DNA of 64,000 nt. Origin: Longimicrobiales bacterium. Lineage in GTDB: Bacteria > Gemmatimonadota > Gemmatimonadetes > Longimicrobiales > Gaopeijiaceae. Every line of letters starts with the position of its first letter. Positions within the stretch are counted from its first letter, which is position 1. The translations under genes were made by a program, and so were the position numbers. Under the pieces are notes generated by a model. The model was given only the letters and a program-made list of their open reading frames with translations. It had not been told where the DNA came from and did not search any database. Shown here piece after piece: positions 9,973-18,662 of this stretch. Location of the stretch: positions 3,328,001 to 3,392,000 of the forward strand of contig OZ241892.1 of the NCBI GenBank assembly GCA_965203485.1. Reading direction: 5' to 3'.

Positions 9973-10797
9973 ATGAACGTCCCCCAATCTTTGGACCTGT
10001 CGCCAGTATCCGAAGTGCCGCTAACGGATTCGCCGTTGGTTGCGGTCGTGGCGCAAGTTCGCTTTCCCACGATCCTGACAATTCGGCAAGCAAACGATGC
10101 CCAGGTGGCCGCCCTTCAGGCAAGACTACGAGGCATATATCCGTACCTGAACGAACACCACGCCTATCATTTCGATGTCGTAGAACCTTCTGAGCCCCGG
10201 GTTGCGCGGGCTGTCGTCTGGCGCTTTTCCGACCGAAAGCAGGATCCGAATTGGCGTATTTCACTAGGCGACGACTTCGTGGCGCTGGAGGCGCGCAATT
10301 ATACCAGCCGCAAAGATTTCTTGGAACGACTGGGAGTTGTGCTTGATGCTGTCTGCGACGTCATAGAGCCTGCAAGTGCGACACGCCTTGGAATACGCTA
10401 CGTCGATCGGTTGACTGGCAATGCAGTTGATCGAATTGACGACCTGCTGATTCCCGAAGTGCTAGGTGTCGCCCGCCGTTGCGACGACCATCCGAATGCC
10501 ATTGAACGATCAATCGTCAATCTCATGACGCACGCGCAGTTGCGAGGACCGAGAGACGCCGTCGTGGCGGTGCGGTGGGGCGTTTTGCCGCCGAGTGCAA
10601 CACATGACCCCGACATGTTGCCGCCGGTTGCCGAGACAAGTTGGATATTGGACATGGATATGTTTACGACGGCGCCTTGCGACTTCTCTGCATCCGGCTT
10701 GTCGGCTACGGCTGCAAGCTTTGCTGAATATCTGTATAGCTTGTTTCGCCAAGTCGTCACCGATGATTTTCTCGAACACTACGGAGGCCAGTTATGA
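9973..10797 (+). CDS. TIGR04255 family protein
   Basis: LTDSPLVAVVAQVRFP, RLGIRYVDR, WILDMD motifs; visibly AT-richer than the flanks. Confidence 0.85.
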   Translation: MNVPQSLDLSPVSEVPLTDSPLVAVVAQVRFPTILTIRQANDAQVAALQARLRGIYPYLNEHHAYHFDVVEPSEPRVARAVVWRFSDRKQDPNWRISLGDDFVALEARNYTSRKDFLERLGVVLDAVCDVIEPASATRLGIRYVDRLTGNAVDRIDDLLIPEVLGVARRCDDHPNAIERSIVNLMTHAQLRGPRDAVVAVRWGVLPPSATHDPDMLPPVAETSWILDMDMFTTAPCDFSASGLSATAASFAEYLYSLFRQVVTDDFLEHYGGQL

Positions 10798-11360
10798 CAA
10801 CTCTCGAGCCGTCGTCGGCGACGCGGTTGAACGCATCGACGGCGGGCTTGACCAGTACTCGAGGGACGAAGATCGATGTTGACGCTACGGCGCCGCTTTC
10901 GAAGAAGATTGAGCATGACAACCCGGTGATCAGTGCCGATGCTTTTTTCTTCTACATGCCGCACATGTATGGCAATAGTTGCGAACGATCTCCATCAGCT
11001 GCAACGGCAAGCAAGATTCCGTTTATTGTGTTCGGAACAGCGGCGGGACCTAACGGCTATGCGCCGCATGGCAGTCCCTTCGCTGGGCTTGGCCGTTTTC
11101 GCTTTTGGGCATTGAATGATGATGAAGCATTGCGGCTAAAAGCCATCGTTGAGAATAACGCAGCAGCTGTTGCCGACCTGCGAACGGCAACCGATTTGCT
11201 GGAACGTTACCTGAAACATGACAGAATTGCAGGAATAGTGCGCAGACCGATGCCATCCAGAAGCGAGACGACGCTCCTTGACTTGCTGTTGAAGGGAAAA
11301 ACAGACGAACTACTCGAGACGTGTCAAGACATGTTTCAGTTCGACGACGCGCACAGCTGA
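10794..11360 (+). CDS. Hypothetical protein with Xre/MbcA/ParS-like antitoxin C-terminal region
   Basis: C-terminal ATDLLERYLKHDRIAGIVRRP...TLLDLL resembles RES-partner antitoxins; directly upstream of the RES gene. Confidence 0.55.
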   Translation: MTTLEPSSATRLNASTAGLTSTRGTKIDVDATAPLSKKIEHDNPVISADAFFFYMPHMYGNSCERSPSAATASKIPFIVFGTAAGPNGYAPHGSPFAGLGRFRFWALNDDEALRLKAIVENNAAAVADLRTATDLLERYLKHDRIAGIVRRPMPSRSETTLLDLLLKGKTDELLETCQDMFQFDDAHS

Positions 11361-11363
11361 CTT

Positions 11364-11751
11364 GTGGAGTTGTTGCAGGAAGGACTGATAGACGCGGTTA
11401 GCTGGTGGCGCATTGCGGACCGGCGATGGTCCGATCCCCTTGGCCCCGGCTTCGCAGGCCAACAAGGGGGTCGCTGGAATTCCCCAGGAAGCTTTGACGT
11501 TCTCTACCTCAACGAAGACAAGAACGCGGCGCGTGCCACTCTGCGTAGATTCGTGAGCAGACAGCCGTACGAGCTGGAAGACCTAAACGAATCGGAAGCG
11601 CCAGTGCTGGTTGAGTGTCAGTTGCCCAAGCCGGTCGGCCGCGGATCGCTCCGGGAGAACTCGCGAACTAGCGTGGTTTCCCGGCGAAGAAGGCGCTCGT
11701 GCCCACCAAGTGAGGCGGATGGCCTTCGGTCAATGGTTCCAATATCCATGA
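11364..11751 (+). pseudogene. RES-domain (NAD+ phosphorylase-type) toxin, internally deleted and frameshifted
   Basis: First frame: WWRIAD...GGRWNSPGSFDVLYLNED; from 11632 the +1 frame reads RSAADRSGRTRELAWFPG...QWFQYP* (stop 11749-11751). Confidence 0.75.
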
Positions 11752-11921
11752 CGCGGTCCGATTCGCGGTCGGGCCGGTGGCCGCGTCGTGCCGTCTCGCC
11801 CGGCCTGAAATCGCTGATGGCGAGCGATCGAAGCGCCGACGAAATATATTGGCGGCGGTACACCGTCCGGCCATTCCCGCGACGACCGCTCGCCGTTCCC
11901 TGCACAATCTGGAGAGTTCTC

Positions 11922-14900
11922 ATGCGCGCTAGCTTTGCCAACTCCGTGACCTTCGCGACCGGGCTGTTCCTGGCCGCCGCCTTCAGCCCGGAGGCGTTCG
12001 CCAACCCCGCGGCCGCCCAGGAGGTGCCGGGATCGGCGCTCGAGGCGATGAAGTTCCGCCACATCGGGCCGGTTGGGAACCGGGTCACGTCGGTGGCGGG
12101 GGTGGCCGGCGATCCGCTGACGTACTACGCGGGCGCGGCGTCGGGCGGGCTGTGGAAGACGGAGGACGGCGGCGTCAACTGGCGGCCCGTCTTCGACGAG
12201 CAGCTGGTTCACTCGATAGGGGAAGTCGCGGTCGCGCCGGCGGATCCGAACCTGGTGTGGGTTGGGACGGGGGAGCCGTTCATTCGCTCCAACGTGTCCA
12301 TCGGCAACGGCGTCTGGAAGTCGCTGGACGCGGGCGAGACTTGGATGCACATGGGCCTGGAGGGGACGGGGCGGATCAGCCGCGTCGTGGTGCATCCGGC
12401 GGACCCGGACGTGGTGTACGCCGCTGCGGTCGGCCACGGCTACGCGCCCCAGCCGGAGCGGGGCGTCTACCGCACGCTGGACGGCGGCGCCACCTGGGAG
12501 CACGTCCTCTTCGTGGATGAGGAGACCGGCGCCAGCGATCTGGTCATGCACCCGTCGAATCCGCGCATCCTCTTCGCGGGGACTTGGCAGATCGCCATCC
12601 GCACGTGGACGCGCAAGTCCGGCGGGCCCGGCAGCGCCATCCACGTGTCCCGCGACGCGGGTGCCACGTGGACGCGGCTCGAAGGGAACGGCCTGCCCAC
12701 CCGCGAGATCGGCAAGATCGCGCTGTGCATGAGCGCCGCCGACCCGGATCGCGTCTACGCGCTCATCGAGACCGGCGACGGCGTGCCGTGGGAAGGCGGC
12801 GACACGGACGGAGGCGAGCTGTGGCGCTCCGACGACGGCGGCCGCCAGTGGGCGCTGACCAGCCACGACCGGGACTTGGCCGGCCGCACCGCCTACTACT
12901 CCCGTTGCGAGGCCAACCCCGACGACGCCGACGAAGCCTACTTCCTGGCGGCCGCCTACAGCACCACGCTCGACGGCGGCGTCACTTCGACGGCGGCCCC
13001 GTTCCTGCAGGGCCCCGTCTGGGACCACCACGACATGTGGATTGATCCGGAGGACGGCGGCCGCCAGATCGTTGCCGGCGACGGCGGCGTCGCCATCTCC
13101 CGCAACCGGGGCAAGACGTGGTACCGCCAGCAGCTTCCCATCGCGCAGATGTACCACGTCACGGTCGACAACGCGGTTCCCTACAACGTCATGGGCAACC
13201 GGCAGGACGGCCCCTCCACGCGGGGGCCGAGCAATAGCCGCACGGGCGGCCTCTTCTTGGGCGGCATTCCCCGTGGGATGTGGCATACCGTGGGCGGGGG
13301 CGAGTCGGGATTCGCCACTCCGGACCCGACGGACCCCAACATCGTCTGGTCCAGCGCGTCGGGGGCCGGAGGCGGGGGCGGCATCGTGTCTCGCTGGGAC
13401 GCGCGCACGCGCCAGTACCGGGAAGTGGAGGTGTGGCCCGAGTCGACGATCGGCCAGCCGGCCGACAGCCTTCGGTACCGCTTCCAGTGGACCTTTCCGC
13501 TGCTGGTCTCGCCCCACGACAACAACACCGTCTACGTGACCAGCCAGCACGTTCACCGCACCACCAACGGCGGCCAGAGCTGGGAGGAGATCAGCCCGGA
13601 CCTGACCACGAACAACCGGGCGCGCATGGGCATCAGCGGCGGCCTCACGCCCGACAACATCGGCGTCGAGTACTGCTGCGTGATCTACGCCTTCGACGAG
13701 TCGCCCCTGGAGCGCGGCGTCTTCTGGGCCGGCACCAACGACGGTCTCGTGCACGTCAGCCGGGACGGCGGCGCCGCCTGGACCGACGTCACCGGGAACA
13801 TCCCCGACCTGCCGCCCGACGGCGTGGTGCGGGGTATCGACGCCTCCCGCCACGCGCCGGGCAAGGCGTACATGGTGGTGGAGCATCACCAAGTCGGCGG
13901 ATTCGAGGCCCGCGCCTACCGAACCGGCGACTACGGCGAGAGCTGGACCGAGATCGTGGACGGCATCGACGACGGCGTGCTCAGCTACACGCGGAGCATC
14001 CACGAGGACCCCGTGCGCCCCGGCCTGCTCTACCTGGGCACCGAGGCGTCGCTGTACGTGTCGTTCGACGACGGCGAGCGATGGCAGTCCCTTCACACCA
14101 ACCTGCCCCACGCGCCCATGTACGGGCTCGTCGTTCAGAAGCATTTCAACGACCTGGTGATCGGCACCTACGGCCGCGGCTTCTGGATTCTCGACGACGT
14201 GACGCCCCTGCAGCAGCTCACGCCCGAGGTGGCCGCCGCTTCCGCGCATCTCTTCGCCCCGAGGCCCGCCTACCGCTTCCGGCCCGTCTCGGAGCCCTTC
14301 GCCATGTTCGACGACCAGTCCGACGGCGAGAATCCGCCCTACGGCGCCTCGATCAACTATTGGCTCGCCCAGGAGACCGAGGACAGCGTGAAGATCGAGA
14401 TCGCGAACGCCGCCGGAGAGGTCGTGCGCACGCTCGAGGGCACCGGCCAAGCGGGCGTGAACAGGGTGTGGTGGGACCTCGCCGGCGAGCCCGCCACCGA
14501 GATCAAGCTCCGCACCAAGCCCCTCCACGCCGACGACATCGAGCTGGGCGAGGAACGCTGGCGGCCCCTGCCGAACGTGCTGGGCGGTCCCGGCCAAGGC
14601 GCGGCGGTCGTTCTCCAGCCGCCCGGCGAGTACACGGTCGCACTGAAGATCGGCAGGGCGAGCGACGAGTCCGCCGCCGCCGAGCCCACAGGCGGGAGAA
14701 GCGACGAATCCACCGTCCCCGCCGAGGATCCCGTGGGCGCGGCCGTGCTGGCCCAGCCCCTCGAAGTCCTCAAGGATCCCCATTCCGAGGGCACGCTGGC
14801 GGACATCCGCGCCCAGCAGGCCATGCTGGAGGCGATTCGCGCCGACTACGAGACCGCCGCCGAGCTGGTCAACCGAGTGGAGTGGGTGCGCCGACAGCTC

Positions 14901-15251
14901 CGCGACGCGAAGGCCGTGCTCCAAGACCGCGGCGACTCCGCGCTGGCCGCCGCCGCCGACTCTCTCGACGAACGCCTGATCGCGGCGGAGCAGGGCCTCT
15001 TCCAGATGCGGTCCACCGGGACGGGCCAGGACGGCATCCGCTATCCGACCCGCCTGATCGAGCGGCTGGGCTACCTCTTCACCACGGTGTCGGTGGGCGA
15101 CTTCCCCCCCACGGACCAGCAGGGCGAGGTCCACGCCGTCCTGCAGGAACGCCTCCTGCGCATCCGCGACGAGCTGGAGTCCATCCTGGGCGACGACTTG
15201 GCCGAGTTCAACCGGCGGGTCCAGGCGCTGGGGCTGGGGGTGATTTCGTAG
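11922..15251 (+). CDS. Secreted VPS10/BNR (Asp-box) repeat glycosyl hydrolase-like protein
   Basis: Signal peptide from ATG 11922; many S/T-x-D-x-G-x-x-W boxes; FRHIGP, DLVIGTYGRGFWILDD; C-terminal coiled coil. Confidence 0.88.
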   Translation: MRASFANSVTFATGLFLAAAFSPEAFANPAAAQEVPGSALEAMKFRHIGPVGNRVTSVAGVAGDPLTYYAGAASGGLWKTEDGGVNWRPVFDEQLVHSIGEVAVAPADPNLVWVGTGEPFIRSNVSIGNGVWKSLDAGETWMHMGLEGTGRISRVVVHPADPDVVYAAAVGHGYAPQPERGVYRTLDGGATWEHVLFVDEETGASDLVMHPSNPRILFAGTWQIAIRTWTRKSGGPGSAIHVSRDAGATWTRLEGNGLPTREIGKIALCMSAADPDRVYALIETGDGVPWEGGDTDGGELWRSDDGGRQWALTSHDRDLAGRTAYYSRCEANPDDADEAYFLAAAYSTTLDGGVTSTAAPFLQGPVWDHHDMWIDPEDGGRQIVAGDGGVAISRNRGKTWYRQQLPIAQMYHVTVDNAVPYNVMGNRQDGPSTRGPSNSRTGGLFLGGIPRGMWHTVGGGESGFATPDPTDPNIVWSSASGAGGGGGIVSRWDARTRQYREVEVWPESTIGQPADSLRYRFQWTFPLLVSPHDNNTVYVTSQHVHRTTNGGQSWEEISPDLTTNNRARMGISGGLTPDNIGVEYCCVIYAFDESPLERGVFWAGTNDGLVHVSRDGGAAWTDVTGNIPDLPPDGVVRGIDASRHAPGKAYMVVEHHQVGGFEARAYRTGDYGESWTEIVDGIDDGVLSYTRSIHEDPVRPGLLYLGTEASLYVSFDDGERWQSLHTNLPHAPMYGLVVQKHFNDLVIGTYGRGFWILDDVTPLQQLTPEVAAASAHLFAPRPAYRFRPVSEPFAMFDDQSDGENPPYGASINYWLAQETEDSVKIEIANAAGEVVRTLEGTGQAGVNRVWWDLAGEPATEIKLRTKPLHADDIELGEERWRPLPNVLGGPGQGAAVVLQPPGEYTVALKIGRASDESAAAEPTGGRSDESTVPAEDPVGAAVLAQPLEVLKDPHSEGTLADIRAQQAMLEAIRADYETAAELVNRVEWVRRQLRDAKAVLQDRGDSALAAAADSLDERLIAAEQGLFQMRSTGTGQDGIRYPTRLIERLGYLFTTVSVGDFPPTDQQGEVHAVLQERLLRIRDELESILGDDLAEFNRRVQALGLGVIS

Positions 15252-15266
15252 GAGGCGGCCGGGCCG

Positions 15267-15304
15267 TGACAGATTCTCGGACAGATTCCCCTATGAATCT
15301 GTCA
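15267..15304 (+). repeat. 38-bp palindromic element, copy 1 (TGACAGATTCTCGGACAGATTCCCCTATGAATCTGTCA)
   Basis: 35/38 identical to the reverse complement of 25905-25942; perfect 10-bp terminal inverted repeat. Confidence 0.85.
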
Positions 15305-15367
15305 GGGCCCGCACGGCGGTAAGAGAGCGGTCGGAGCGGCGGATGAAGAGCGCCCGCCGCGAGGCCG

Positions 15368-15554
15368 TTGCGCCCGATCCCGATCGACGCGCCCATCGCC
15401 GTGGCCAGCGCCCGCTGCCTGGAAACTTCCACGCCGACCCCGCCAACCCCTTGCATCGTCGCCACGGCGCGCCACCACGGCGCGCCGCTCGCGACGGCGG
15501 GACCGCGCCATCCCCGCGTACGCCCAGCAGGGCCATGTCCGGGCGATGGACGCG
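15368..15554 (+). pseudogene. 3' remnant of a VapC/PIN toxin
   Basis: Joining across three frameshifts gives LRPIPIDAPIAVASAR-LPGNFHADPANP-CIVATARHHGAPLATA-DRAIPAYAQQGHVRAMDA, a typical PIN C-terminus. Confidence 0.7.
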
Positions 15555-15706
15555 TGTCGGCAGGGCCGGGGACACGCCGCGCTCGCGTCAACGGCCGGGG
15601 CAGGAGGATGCCGATCCTTGCCAGCCTACCGCGTAAGCGAGTACCTTCGCGCGTTCCGCTTCCGACGTGTTTCGGGAGCAAGGAATGACCTCCTTGAGCG
15701 AGAGAG

Positions 15707-17452
15707 ATGACGGCCGAGTCCCGCAACGCTCCTGGCGCGGAACATGTCCTTCTGACGGTGCTGGGCACGCGAACGCGGGAAGCGGCCTACAGCATGGGTG
15801 GCAGGCAAAGCGTCGCTCAGCTGGCTCCGGTGGCCCTGATGGGTCTCTTGTCGCCGGACGAGCGACCGTGTCGCGTACTGGCCTTCTGCACCAACGAGGC
15901 CGAGGCGAGAAGCCTTCCGGTGTTGGAGGATGCGCTGGCGTCCGATGTGGTTGAGTCCGTTCACGTGCCGATGGGCAATCGCCAAGACGACATCGACAGC
16001 TTTCTGGATGCCGTGGCAAGAAAAGTGCCGGAGGGCGCCCAACTCACAGTGGACATGACCCACGGCTTCCGGCACTTCGCAGTCTTGACGTACGTCGCCG
16101 TGCTGTATGTGGCGGCGCTTCGGGACGTTCGGGTCCGCGGAGCGTATTATGCGATGCTGAGTCGCGATGGCGACCCGAGTCCGTTTCTAAACCTGCGCCC
16201 GCTCTTGGACTTGCCCCGATGGGTGCACGCCTTGAAGGTCATTCAGGAAACGGGGAGCACGCGGCCGCTTGCGAAGATCGTCGCCGACGGGCCGGATAGC
16301 GCGGCTGGGCCAGCCAAGGACCGGATTGTCCAGGACTTCCGTAATCTCGCCGACAGATACCTCTCGGGATTGCCGCTCGAGTTGGGCCAGGAAGCGGCCG
16401 ATGTTCGCCGGAAACATGCCAAGTCGCTCCGGAAGGCCCTCAAGCGGGACCATAGTCTGCCGCTGGCCGAGAACGTGATAGACCACCTTGATGAGGTGCT
16501 TGGCCGGTTTGCCTTTGCTAATCCGATTCAGCGCGGCGGATGGAAGAAGGGCGTGAAACTCACGAGAGACGAATTGACGCGACAAGCCAAGGTTATTGAC
16601 GACCTCCTGGAGCAAGCCAATGTATCCGCAGGACTTGGCCTCATGCGGGAATGGATCATCAACTTGGCGGCTCACAGCGCCGACAACGCCGATTGCTGGT
16701 TGGATCGCAAGACGCGCCAGCGGATCGCAAGTCGGCTTCACGCCGTGAGAGCGATAGGAGAATCCGATTTGGCCGACGATCATCTGACGGTAGATCAACG
16801 CGAATTGGGTCAGTTCTGGCAACGGCTCTGTGAGCTCCGCAATGCCTATCATCACCATGGAATGCGTCCGCAAGTAGTTGGCGACAAGGATTTTGTCGGT
16901 AAACTATGCAAGATTCGCGAATTCTGGGATGGAACTCTTAGGTTCTGTCCAGCGATTCACTTGACGCTGGGCAATCCCCCTAGGTGCCGGATAGTAGTCA
17001 GTCCCATGGGCAAGCTTCCGGGCGTCCTCTTCAGTGCCTTGCATGCGTATCGAACGCGATTCGGCGATTATCCTAGCCTGTGCATCGTCATCTGTTCGGA
17101 CCAGACGCGGCCGATGATGGACGAAGCGTTGGCAACAGCTCGATACGAGGGCATATGTGAAGCATTGACCCTGGACGATCCCTTTGGCGGGGTTCAAGAA
17201 ATGGAGAAGAGAGTCAAGGCGACGCGGCGATTTTTCGTCGGTGCGGAGCGAGTAGCCGTGAACGTGACCGGCGGCACGACGTTGATGGGCATTGCGGCAC
17301 AGAGGCTGGCCGGTGAAGCCCGGAGTCTCGCATGCCCCGTTCTTCAGTTTGGGTTGGTTGACTGCAGGCCGTCGGAAGAGCAACGTTTCGATCCATATCA
17401 GATGGGACAAGCGTTCTGGCTGGATTCGGAAAGAGGTGGAGATGTCCATTAG
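15707..17452 (+). CDS. csx1: Csx1 (TM1812/DxTHG family) CARF-HEPN ribonuclease with an extra C-terminal CARF-like domain
   Basis: VLLTVLG, DMTHGFRH (DxTHG), HEPN RNAYHH (RxxxxH), then IVVSPMGKLPGVL...VNVTGGTTLMG. Confidence 0.85.
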   Translation: MTAESRNAPGAEHVLLTVLGTRTREAAYSMGGRQSVAQLAPVALMGLLSPDERPCRVLAFCTNEAEARSLPVLEDALASDVVESVHVPMGNRQDDIDSFLDAVARKVPEGAQLTVDMTHGFRHFAVLTYVAVLYVAALRDVRVRGAYYAMLSRDGDPSPFLNLRPLLDLPRWVHALKVIQETGSTRPLAKIVADGPDSAAGPAKDRIVQDFRNLADRYLSGLPLELGQEAADVRRKHAKSLRKALKRDHSLPLAENVIDHLDEVLGRFAFANPIQRGGWKKGVKLTRDELTRQAKVIDDLLEQANVSAGLGLMREWIINLAAHSADNADCWLDRKTRQRIASRLHAVRAIGESDLADDHLTVDQRELGQFWQRLCELRNAYHHHGMRPQVVGDKDFVGKLCKIREFWDGTLRFCPAIHLTLGNPPRCRIVVSPMGKLPGVLFSALHAYRTRFGDYPSLCIVICSDQTRPMMDEALATARYEGICEALTLDDPFGGVQEMEKRVKATRRFFVGAERVAVNVTGGTTLMGIAAQRLAGEARSLACPVLQFGLVDCRPSEEQRFDPYQMGQAFWLDSERGGDVH

Positions 17453-18662
17453 AAGGGTCGACGCTACCTTCGACGCCACCTTCAGAGTGACCACGCCGAT
17501 GTTTTGCCGCGGTGCTGATGCAACGGGCGCGGAGTTGCGCCTTCCCAGCTTCAAAGGCGTGCTTCGCTACTGGTGGCGTGCGCTGGCCTGGTCCGAGTTC
17601 GGTGGCGACCTTGGCAAGATCAAGAAGAAGGAAGATGATCTCTTCGGTAGCGCAGAATGTGGTCAATCTCGCGTATCAATGCGGCTGAAGGAGCGGCAGT
17701 CGTCGTTGCGTAGTACTAATACTGGTCACGTGTTGAAAGTGCCCGGCACGAATCAACCCGTGGGGTACGGAGCACGGTATCTGGGGTACGGCGTCATGGA
17801 AGCCTTTGCGAGCAAGCCAAAAGGCACGAATGCCGGACAGCTGACACGCGATTGCATCGATAGCGGATTCGATTTTGCCGTGCGAATGCGGGTTTCCGCA
17901 GGTTTCGACCGATCGGTGGCCCTGCTTGAGCGTGCCTTGATTGCGGCTGGATGCTTGGGCGGCCTCGGCGCCAAGAGCCGAAGGGGCTACGGATCGATCG
18001 CCATTTGTTCGCTGATCGTCGACAAGCAATCACGCTCCATGCCGTCGTCCATGGAGGACTTGCGTGCGGCCATCGCTGGTCTTTATCGTAAGTGCCATGC
18101 ATCGCCTGGGCGTTCAGAGCATCCTGAGTACACAGCCTTCTCCGAACATGCCCGTCATGTGTTACTGACGAGCAAGAAGAAGGAATCGCTCGACTTGCTT
18201 GATCTCGTGGGTCGCGAAATCATCCGTTATCGTAGCTGGGGCCGAAATGGGAAAATATTAGGAGACGTCAAGTCGGAAAAGAACTTCAGGAAGGATCATG
18301 ACCTCATGAAGAAGGTGGGAGCCGGCGATCAACCGAACAGACATCCTGAGCGTATTGCTTTTGGTCTTCCCCACAACTATGGACAACGCCAGCAAGTTGG
18401 TCCGAGCGACAAGGATCTGGATCGCAGAGCCAGTCCATTGTTCATCCACATTCACGAATTCGTCGAAGGCCCGGTCGCGGTCCTGTCGTTCCTGCCGGCG
18501 CGTTTCTTGCCCGACCGGTGCGGCATCCGTGTGGGCGGACACAATGTGCAGCAGTTGTCGGAGGAACAGCTGTACGGCCCGGTCACTCGCTTTCTTGACC
18601 GCCTCCTCAATCCGGGCAAACGCAAGGAGGAATTTGTCGACGCAGTGGAGGTAAGGCGGTGA
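17442..18662 (+). CDS. cmr1: Type III-B RAMP Cmr1
   Basis: FRVTTPMF, ELRLPSFKGVLRYWWRA, GGLGAKSRRGYGS, FGLP, RRASPL. Confidence 0.92.
   Translation: MSIRRVDATFDATFRVTTPMFCRGADATGAELRLPSFKGVLRYWWRALAWSEFGGDLGKIKKKEDDLFGSAECGQSRVSMRLKERQSSLRSTNTGHVLKVPGTNQPVGYGARYLGYGVMEAFASKPKGTNAGQLTRDCIDSGFDFAVRMRVSAGFDRSVALLERALIAAGCLGGLGAKSRRGYGSIAICSLIVDKQSRSMPSSMEDLRAAIAGLYRKCHASPGRSEHPEYTAFSEHARHVLLTSKKKESLDLLDLVGREIIRYRSWGRNGKILGDVKSEKNFRKDHDLMKKVGAGDQPNRHPERIAFGLPHNYGQRQQVGPSDKDLDRRASPLFIHIHEFVEGPVAVLSFLPARFLPDRCGIRVGGHNVQQLSEEQLYGPVTRFLDRLLNPGKRKEEFVDAVEVRR

Noticed and set aside
11364..15251. 1295-aa RES-glycosyl hydrolase fusion protein
   Set aside because: The RES C-terminus lies in another frame, and the hydrolase has its own ATG and signal peptide at 11922. 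The fusion is read-through from a frameshift.
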